Shown here piece after piece: positions 57,516-64,000 of a DNA stretch of 64,000 nt. Below the pieces are notes generated by a model. That model saw only the letters and a list, made by a program, of their open reading frames with translations. It did not search any database and was not told where the DNA came from. The DNA lies in contig CBDIID010000003.1 of assembly GCA_965279515.1 (NCBI GenBank), forward strand, positions 2,496,001 through 2,560,000, in the 5' to 3' direction. The translations under genes and the position numbers were made by a program. Each line of letters starts with the position of its first letter. Within the stretch, counting starts at the first letter, position 1. Origin of the DNA: Turneriella sp. GTDB lineage: Bacteria; Spirochaetota; Leptospiria; Turneriellales; Turneriellaceae.

Positions 57516-59591
57516 GTGTACAACAGCATCCTTACCATCGCCCTTGGCGCAGCGCTTCTCACATCGCTGCTGTGCCTGATACAGATTCTAAAGCGCATCA
57601 AGGGAGTTGCCTCCTCGCCAGGCATATCGGCAGCGCGCACGGAATTTTCCCTGTACCTGCGCCGCGTCAGCATCGTTGCCTTTGTACTTTTCGCAGCGGC
57701 TCTGTGGGTGGGGTATTACCTCGACCATGTGCGGCATGGCGCGCCCGATCTGATGGTCATCTGCACCGGCGCCGGCGGATTTCTCGTGTTTCTGATTACG
57801 GCTTACCTGACAGAGCGGCTGCACCGGCGTATGAACGTGCGTGTCGACCAGTTACGCAAAGAATCGATGAGCCGGCTTTTTCGGCATTTTCTCTATGCCG
57901 GAGCGTTATTGGGCATGGGGGCGGTTTTTGTCGCGGCCGGTTATATTTTTCTCGTACAGCGGCAAAACACTCTTTCAATTGAATTTTTTCTTTTACCTGC
58001 GTATGCTGGGGCGTTGCTGATTTACTGGCTGCGTTTTAACGTTGCGCTCATTGCGCGCTCGAGCGACTATGCTTTTGAACTCATGGGCCGGCAAGAAGCA
58101 GTGATGCCGCTGCTCGGCGAGTTAAACCCGCTCTGGAAATTGCGGATTAATTTTGCTGCAATTAACAGATTTCTGTTTTACCATCTCGAATTTTTTATTC
58201 TGTGCGTGGTCGTTCTGCTTGTCTCGGGCCAGATTGAATCGCAAACGAAACTGGGCCTCAAAGGCCAGAATTCCATATCGCTGACGGTGTTTGCCGTCGG
58301 CATTCTTTCAGCCATCCCCGGTTTTTTTATCATGCGTGTGCGCGAAAAAACTTCGCCCGAAACATTCCTCTGGAATATACGCATTGGTTATATCGCCGCG
58401 ATCAGCATTCAGGCGATTATCACGTATCTCGTGCTTGTCGTCATCGCGAAAGTGCACATCAAATATTTCTGGGTTGTGCTGCTGGGTTCGCTGACGGCTT
58501 TTACGCTCAATGTCTATTCGGCGATCTATGTCGCCGAAAACCACAAGACTGCGCGCAGCCTCATTGCGGCGGCCGCGAGTTCCGTTTCGACGGTCATCCA
58601 CCGCGGCATCGCTTCGGGTATGCGCGGGTCTGCCATACCGGCACTCATCATCGCCGTCATGATGGGCCTTGTCTATCTGGCTGGTGTCGTCGAAGAAAAG
58701 GGCGAAGACAAGTTCAACCACGGCCTGTTCGCGCTTTCCCTCGCGCTAACTTCGATGATCTCGCTTTTTACGGTCGCCCAGGCCACCGCGGTCATCATGC
58801 CGCTGGCTTCGACGACGATTGCCCGCCTGCGCGCCATCGCCACCAAAACCGAAAAGAATGACCTGATCGGCAAATTCCGTAACCTCCGCAGCGTCTCTAT
58901 TCCCTCTTACGTGCTGCATGGCAAGGTGATGTTTTCTGCGCTCGCTGTCCTGATCTTCCTTGTCTATGCGCAGATCCTGAGTGAATCGGGCCATGCCTCG
59001 CTGTTCAGGCACCTGACGCAGACAGCCATGCTGCTCATCGGCGGCATTGCCTCGTATTTTCTCTCTGCGCGCATCAACGAACTTGTGCTGAATCTGGGTC
59101 CGCTGCTGGTCCGCGAAGCGGGACGGCAGTTCCGTGAACTCTCTGGCCTGTCAGGCGGCCAGACACCACCGGATCTCAAGAGTCTGTGGAAGATCGCGAA
59201 CGGATATCTCACGCGGAAAATTCTGCCGCTCTTTGCCGGCACGATGCTGCTGCCCGCACTCGCCTGTCTTTTGGGTGGCGCCTATGGCCTCGCGGGATAT
59301 CTCATCGGCTTTGGGTTTGTATCTTTCCTCAATGGTAACAGCTGGCTAACCACCGGCGCCGCCTGGTCGAGCGCCCGCCATGCGGCGGAAGCCGATACGC
59401 AGGTGACGCGCCACACCGCGCAGATGGAGGCCCTGATTCAGGCCGACATCGTCGGTGACTCTATGCATGAAGCTGTCGCGCCGACGCTTTCGGGCGCGCT
59501 GCTGGCAACGATTATCGCCTCGCTGCTCTTTACACCCGCAACGCTCGAACTGCACGAGCGGCTGCGTGATTTTGTCAAGTCGGCCCTCTAG
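57516..59591 (+). CDS. Degenerate membrane H+/Na+-pyrophosphatase (HppA) homologue
   Basis: Many TMs; remnants DYAFELMGRQE..P...NP, REAGRQFRE, GAAWSSARH, ADIVGDSMHE. Confidence 0.7.
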   Translation: MYNSILTIALGAALLTSLLCLIQILKRIKGVASSPGISAARTEFSLYLRRVSIVAFVLFAAALWVGYYLDHVRHGAPDLMVICTGAGGFLVFLITAYLTERLHRRMNVRVDQLRKESMSRLFRHFLYAGALLGMGAVFVAAGYIFLVQRQNTLSIEFFLLPAYAGALLIYWLRFNVALIARSSDYAFELMGRQEAVMPLLGELNPLWKLRINFAAINRFLFYHLEFFILCVVVLLVSGQIESQTKLGLKGQNSISLTVFAVGILSAIPGFFIMRVREKTSPETFLWNIRIGYIAAISIQAIITYLVLVVIAKVHIKYFWVVLLGSLTAFTLNVYSAIYVAENHKTARSLIAAAASSVSTVIHRGIASGMRGSAIPALIIAVMMGLVYLAGVVEEKGEDKFNHGLFALSLALTSMISLFTVAQATAVIMPLASTTIARLRAIATKTEKNDLIGKFRNLRSVSIPSYVLHGKVMFSALAVLIFLVYAQILSESGHASLFRHLTQTAMLLIGGIASYFLSARINELVLNLGPLLVREAGRQFRELSGLSGGQTPPDLKSLWKIANGYLTRKILPLFAGTMLLPALACLLGGAYGLAGYLIGFGFVSFLNGNSWLTTGAAWSSARHAAEADTQVTRHTAQMEALIQADIVGDSMHEAVAPTLSGALLATIIASLLFTPATLELHERLRDFVKSAL

Positions 59592-59989
59592 TCCAGGAAA
59601 CGTTTTCTGAGTTCAGGCGTTGGCAGGTAACAGGCCTCGCGTTTCCCAAACCAGCGGTAGCGGTTGCGTGCGATAAAACGGTACAAAATGTCCCGCAGAA
59701 AGCGCGGCATAATATGCGCCGCGTAACCCAGGAAACGCCATGGCTGGCGAAGATAGCGGCTGATGCGCAGCACGGCATCTGACTCACGGTACCAAACACC
59801 GTTCTCAAAAAATAAAATACTACCGGGAGTTTCCTCAGGGGGATGTCCCGCGGTTTTTAAATAATGATTCCCTTGCAGGGCTGCAAACAGCAGGGCCGCG
59901 CCTGCTTCGCGCTTTAAAATAAACTGCACTGCGCCGTTGCAGAGATTACATACGCCGTCGAAAAAAACGACCGGTGCCGCGGTATCCAA
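59588..59989 (-). CDS. DCC-family thiol-disulfide oxidoreductase (DUF393)
   Basis: FDGVCNLC, FAALQ, RD..YRFIARNRYRWFG; TTG start just after the upstream stop. Confidence 0.9.
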   Translation of the reverse strand: MDTAAPVVFFDGVCNLCNGAVQFILKREAGAALLFAALQGNHYLKTAGHPPEETPGSILFFENGVWYRESDAVLRISRYLRQPWRFLGYAAHIMPRFLRDILYRFIARNRYRWFGKREACYLPTPELRKRFLD

Positions 59990-59990
59990 A

Positions 59991-60839
59991 TCAGGAATGT
60001 TTATTGATCCAGCCGACGACGTCGGCGAGAACCTTTTGGCGGTCGCTGTAGGTTTCATTCATGGTCTCGTGATAGAACCCCGGATAGATATGCAGTGTCT
60101 TATCCTGCGAGCTGACGCCTGCGAAAAAAGCTTTTGAGCCCTCGACTTTGGCTATCCCGTCGGCGTCGCCATGGAAGACGAGAATCGGCAGCGTAAAGCG
60201 CGGCGCTTCGTTGATGAGTTTTTCACCGACGCTGAAAAGATCGACACCCATTTTCAGCGAGATCTTGCCGTGCACCAGCGGATCATTGATATACGCCTGA
60301 ACGGTGTTTTCATCACGCGAAATCAGCTTAACATCAAGTCCCGCGTCAACAGTTACAGCTGGCGCAAAATTCGCGAGCACGGTGCCGACGGCTTTTTTGA
60401 TTTCCTGTATCGGGTCGAGCGCTGGCTTAAAGCCGCCGCTTGAAAGTATCAACCCTTTGAGCTCTTTTGCGGTATCACCCGATAACGTCGCAAGACCAGC
60501 AACCAGCGCGCCCATCGAATGCCCTAATAGAAACATTGGCACATTTGGATTTTCAGCGCGCGCTTTTTTGATCAATACCGTTAAATCGGCGGCGTAAAAG
60601 TTAAAATCGTCGACGTGCCCGCGCCGGCCGGGTGTTTTGCCGTGCCCGCGCGCATCCAGGGCATAGATGGCTGTGTTTTCGTTTTCGAGCGCCTGTACAA
60701 TATTCTTATAGCGGCCCGAATGCTCGCCGAAACCATGTTGAATTACCAGTACCTTCTTGATTTCCGCCGGTTTCCAGGACTGTGCATAGAATTCAAACCC
60801 ATCGGCAGGGTTTTTCAACGTCATCGAAGCCTGTTGCAT
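59991..60839 (-). CDS. Lysophospholipase/monoacylglycerol lipase
   Basis: HGFGEHSGRY, DARGHG, GHSMG, YHE. Confidence 0.9.
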   Translation of the reverse strand: MQQASMTLKNPADGFEFYAQSWKPAEIKKVLVIQHGFGEHSGRYKNIVQALENENTAIYALDARGHGKTPGRRGHVDDFNFYAADLTVLIKKARAENPNVPMFLLGHSMGALVAGLATLSGDTAKELKGLILSSGGFKPALDPIQEIKKAVGTVLANFAPAVTVDAGLDVKLISRDENTVQAYINDPLVHGKISLKMGVDLFSVGEKLINEAPRFTLPILVFHGDADGIAKVEGSKAFFAGVSSQDKTLHIYPGFYHETMNETYSDRQKVLADVVGWINKHS

Positions 60840-60879
60840 AGGCCATAGAGAGGCCACGACACGCCCGGACAAACTCAAT

Positions 60880-61275
60880 TCAGCGGATGAGCTTGCCGGA
60901 AAATAAACCCGGCAGATCGGTGAAACCAATCCATTTGTTAAACCAGAGACGGTAATAAACAAAAAATGCGCAGACATAAAGCAGCGCGATAATCAGCATC
61001 ACCGCGGTCTTACGGTACTTGAAAGTTTTACCGAGCTCAATGACATACTTGAGCACCGCGTTGGTCATATTCTCAATATAAGAAATAAGAAAATAGAAAA
61101 GCGCAACCACCAGTACCATGCCAATCATCGTCACAAGAACGGGGGCGATATATTTTTGCAGTGAGATCACCTGGAGGTTCAGCACCTGAACAGCGAGATC
61201 GATCACCAGTAAAACCAACATACGAAACGAAACGCGGATGACTCGCACCTGCCAAGCCTGATGCCCGTTGCTCAT
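60880..61275 (-). CDS. Small three-TM membrane protein
   Basis: Hydrophobic segments; coupled to the upstream gene. Confidence 0.65.
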   Translation of the reverse strand: MSNGHQAWQVRVIRVSFRMLVLLVIDLAVQVLNLQVISLQKYIAPVLVTMIGMVLVVALFYFLISYIENMTNAVLKYVIELGKTFKYRKTAVMLIIALLYVCAFFVYYRLWFNKWIGFTDLPGLFSGKLIR

Positions 61276-62852
61276 TTTTTCCCTTTTGCCTGTGCCGATT
61301 TTGAAGACCACAGCAGCCTGTTTTCGCGCTCGATTTTTTTCTGCATCAACCGGGCATTATTCTGGTTCAGCGCCTGCGCGATGCGCTGGCCTTCGAGTGA
61401 ATTCAAGGTTTTGAATTTGCCAAGGCTCTCTTTCATCGCGGTGTGTATTTCCTGCGTGAGAAAATCCCCGGTATCATTCAAATTCTCGATACCGCGCCAG
61501 ATATCGACGGCGCGTTTTGCATTTTGCCACGAGGCGGGGTTGCCAGGTTCGACGCTTTCCCAGAAAACCCTGCCTTTGGCGAACGTCGCATCCTTGATAC
61601 GGTAACCACCGGGCGTATTTTCGGTGAGGTAATCGAGGATCTCGGTGCGCTTAAGATAGTAGTGCTGCAACGCTGCCGGGCCATTGCGAATACCTTTTTT
61701 TTCGGCGAGGGGTAAGTAGCGCTTCGCAACCTTGTCGAGGGTCTGCACACGGATGTTCTCCCGTGCCTTCGGCGGAAGGGAATCGATATATTTTTTCATA
61801 TCGAAGAGCATATTGAGCGCGCGACCCTGAATCTCGTAAATGTTCTCGATCGCAAAAAGTATTTCCGTCGCGTATTTTGTACCTCTTTTCTTCGCGGCGA
61901 CATCGAGTGCCTTGCGTAAAAACTCTTCTTTATTCAAGGCTTCGTGGTAATAGTCGATGGCGAGGTAGGTCGGGTCAGAATGATTAAATGTCGAAGCGAC
62001 GCGCTGCAGATTTTCATAATACAGATCGCGGATCGCGCGCGGCAGGTCGCCGTCGTTTGGGTCGAACTTGCCATAATCCTGTAAAAAACGGTCGAGCTGT
62101 TGTTCCTTCGGGTCTGAAAGTGTTTCGTCAAAGTATTTCCGCCGCGCGGCTTCGTCAAAACTCAGCTTTCCCGCGGCGCCTTCCTGCGTACGTTTGACGA
62201 TAACCTTGGTCCGTTTCTTGTCCGGTATCGCCTTGCCTTCACGCCACAGCCTGTAGTTTTCGATGACTTCGTTGCGCTCGTGCATCTTTTCAAGCTCTTG
62301 CGGCGCTTCTTTAATTTCTTCGCGGAAGGGTTTGTCGATATTATTCAGTGTCGGGAAAATATCCTTGGCGATGATGTTGCGGTAATCGCGTTTGCGGTTG
62401 CGGTATTCTTCAGGAACCGCATTGTTGATCGCACTCTTCTCTTCTTTACCGCCATAATTTTCGTTGAGCTTCTCACCCTCTTCGGTGCGATCGAGCTGCT
62501 CTTTCCACTTACCGCCCGGAATGCCAAACTCTTCGGCAAAATCGCCGTTACCCTTGCCCTGTGAATCCGCCATGGGGCCATGCTCAAAACCACCACCGTC
62601 CGAAGGTTTGGATTCCTCACCTGGTTGGCCGGGTGCCTTCGGAGCCGGCACCATCTGTGCCATCAACTGAATCTGTGGCTTGTTGCAGATCTCGAGTTCC
62701 TGCGCCTTAAGCCCCTGTATTGCCAGGTGCGTAAAGAGCGAGAGATGCATGAGAATCGACAGATAGAAAAACAGCGCCCAGCGCTGCCGTTGCACATAAC
62801 TGAGGAAATTCCTGAAAATACCCGTGCCTCCGTGCGAACCTTCAAGCGTCAT
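61272..62852 (-). CDS. Membrane-anchored hypothetical protein
   Basis: TM with SILMH, Pro/Gly linker, large helical domain. Confidence 0.7.
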   Translation of the reverse strand: MTLEGSHGGTGIFRNFLSYVQRQRWALFFYLSILMHLSLFTHLAIQGLKAQELEICNKPQIQLMAQMVPAPKAPGQPGEESKPSDGGGFEHGPMADSQGKGNGDFAEEFGIPGGKWKEQLDRTEEGEKLNENYGGKEEKSAINNAVPEEYRNRKRDYRNIIAKDIFPTLNNIDKPFREEIKEAPQELEKMHERNEVIENYRLWREGKAIPDKKRTKVIVKRTQEGAAGKLSFDEAARRKYFDETLSDPKEQQLDRFLQDYGKFDPNDGDLPRAIRDLYYENLQRVASTFNHSDPTYLAIDYYHEALNKEEFLRKALDVAAKKRGTKYATEILFAIENIYEIQGRALNMLFDMKKYIDSLPPKARENIRVQTLDKVAKRYLPLAEKKGIRNGPAALQHYYLKRTEILDYLTENTPGGYRIKDATFAKGRVFWESVEPGNPASWQNAKRAVDIWRGIENLNDTGDFLTQEIHTAMKESLGKFKTLNSLEGQRIAQALNQNNARLMQKKIERENRLLWSSKSAQAKGKK

Positions 62853-62906
62853 TGCGAGATGAGTCTGGTTTTGGACGGCGCACCGTCAATGAGTTTGAAC
62901 CCGCAG

Positions 62907-64000
62907 CTACGGCGTAAAGGGATCATACAGCGGCCCGCAGAGTACCGGATCACTCGGGCTATTGGCACAATCGAGATTGATGCGTGTTACCCGGCCGTTA
63001 TATATGGAAGTGACGAACAGGTAGTTACGTTTTGTTCCCTTCGCAGCGGCCGTTGCCAATGCCAAACCATGCGGCTCCGCATAATAATCCGGCGGATAAT
63101 AGCTGACTCCTGCATAGGGATCTGATCCTGGAGCCGATGCGTTCATTTCCCAACCAACTTTACCATGCCCAAGCCAGCCGGCAAAATTCCCCGTGCCGAT
63201 ATTCCAGCGCACAATGCGGCTATTCAAACGATCCGCTATGTACAGGTAGGTACCGTCGGTTGTCACCGCGGAAGGGTTTTTAAAATACCGGACCGCTGAT
63301 GAGGCCGTTGCCGCCGCGGTCCAGGTCGTCTGCCATCCGTTAGTACCGTTACCGATCCACCCGGTAATGTCATTGGCCACCAAATCAATCCTGACAATCC
63401 TATGATTCTGCTCATCGGCGACATAGAGAATATTATTGTGAAAGGCTATGCCGCGCGGGGAATCGAAATAGCCCTTTGCGAAACCATTGAGCGTGCCGGC
63501 GCCAATGGCGAGAGTGCTTGAATTCCAGGCACTCTGGTTGTTGCCAAGGTAACCAACATAATTGCCGTTCGTCTTATTGCGTCTCAGTATCCGGTGCTTT
63601 CCGTTATCGACAATAAACAGATCGGTACCATTAGAAGTCATCGCCCAGGGAAGCCAGAACATACATGGATCGGTCTCCGCGCCTGCGAGACGGAGCGTCT
63701 CAGCGTCGGTAACTGTACCGGCACCTTGCCACGCACCTGCGGAGCATGTAGTGTTCAACCCAATCCAGCCGGTAAAATTTCCCGCAGAATCATATTTCAC
63801 AATGCGCCGGTTATTTGAATCAGCAATGTAGATCGTATGGCCTGAATCCACATAAACGCCCTGCGGCGAATCCAGGGTATGCGCACAATACGAATTCACA
63901 AAACGTGACGTATTGTTATCCCAGAGGTTACCGGTGGTCGGGCAGGTGTTGGAGGAATTCCCCAGGCGGCCCATGGGCGTTCCCATTTCGACATCCAAAC
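62907..64000 (-). CDS. NHL-repeat beta-propeller protein, C-terminal part (truncated by the window edge)
   Basis: Repeated PxGV/I...YIAD..NxRI units. Confidence 0.85.
   Translation of the reverse strand, partial: LDVEMGTPMGRLGNSSNTCPTTGNLWDNNTSRFVNSYCAHTLDSPQGVYVDSGHTIYIADSNNRRIVKYDSAGNFTGWIGLNTTCSAGAWQGAGTVTDAETLRLAGAETDPCMFWLPWAMTSNGTDLFIVDNGKHRILRRNKTNGNYVGYLGNNQSAWNSSTLAIGAGTLNGFAKGYFDSPRGIAFHNNILYVADEQNHRIVRIDLVANDITGWIGNGTNGWQTTWTAAATASSAVRYFKNPSAVTTDGTYLYIADRLNSRIVRWNIGTGNFAGWLGHGKVGWEMNASAPGSDPYAGVSYYPPDYYAEPHGLALATAAAKGTKRNYLFVTSIYNGRVTRINLDCANSPSDPVLCGPLYDPFTP

Noticed and set aside
59990..60058. 68-bp overlap between the DCC and lysophospholipase ORFs
   Set aside because: An in-frame TTG at 59989 removes the overlap.
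1..64000. tRNA, rRNA, CRISPR array, transposase, integrase or prophage genes
   Set aside because: None recognised; intergenic spaces are short and every long ORF has another explanation.

Overview
Gene-dense, moderately GC-rich bacterial chromosome segment. Gene content and style (spirochaete-type lipoproteins, tandem CheX, GAF-GGDEF, MBL-cNMP protein) suggest a Leptospiraceae member such as Turneriella; this is inference. Housekeeping genes (clpC, rsmH, plsC, lpdA, ddl, pyrF, dus, rel, ubiX) are mixed with many signalling genes and three AT-rich type II toxin-antitoxin pairs. I saw no rRNA, tRNA, CRISPR array, transposase or prophage. Main leads: (1) A family of ~57-bp double-hairpin elements with conserved A(N)GGA loops and a TCT bulge but different, compensating stems. 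Two copies sit between direct repeats exactly 57 bp apart, and one is in-frame inside a CDS. (2) A minus-strand redox cluster (FAD/2Fe-2S reductase, membrane 4Fe-4S protein, His-bearing membrane protein, beta-barrel, MauG-like di-haem lipoprotein), close to a cupredoxin, a receptor-fused CheA-like kinase lacking CheW, a pseudo-receiver adenylate cyclase and CheY-CheX-CheX. (3) An intact but catalytically erased membrane pyrophosphatase homologue. (4) Three conserved genes whose N-terminal motifs have no ATG/GTG/TTG start upstream.
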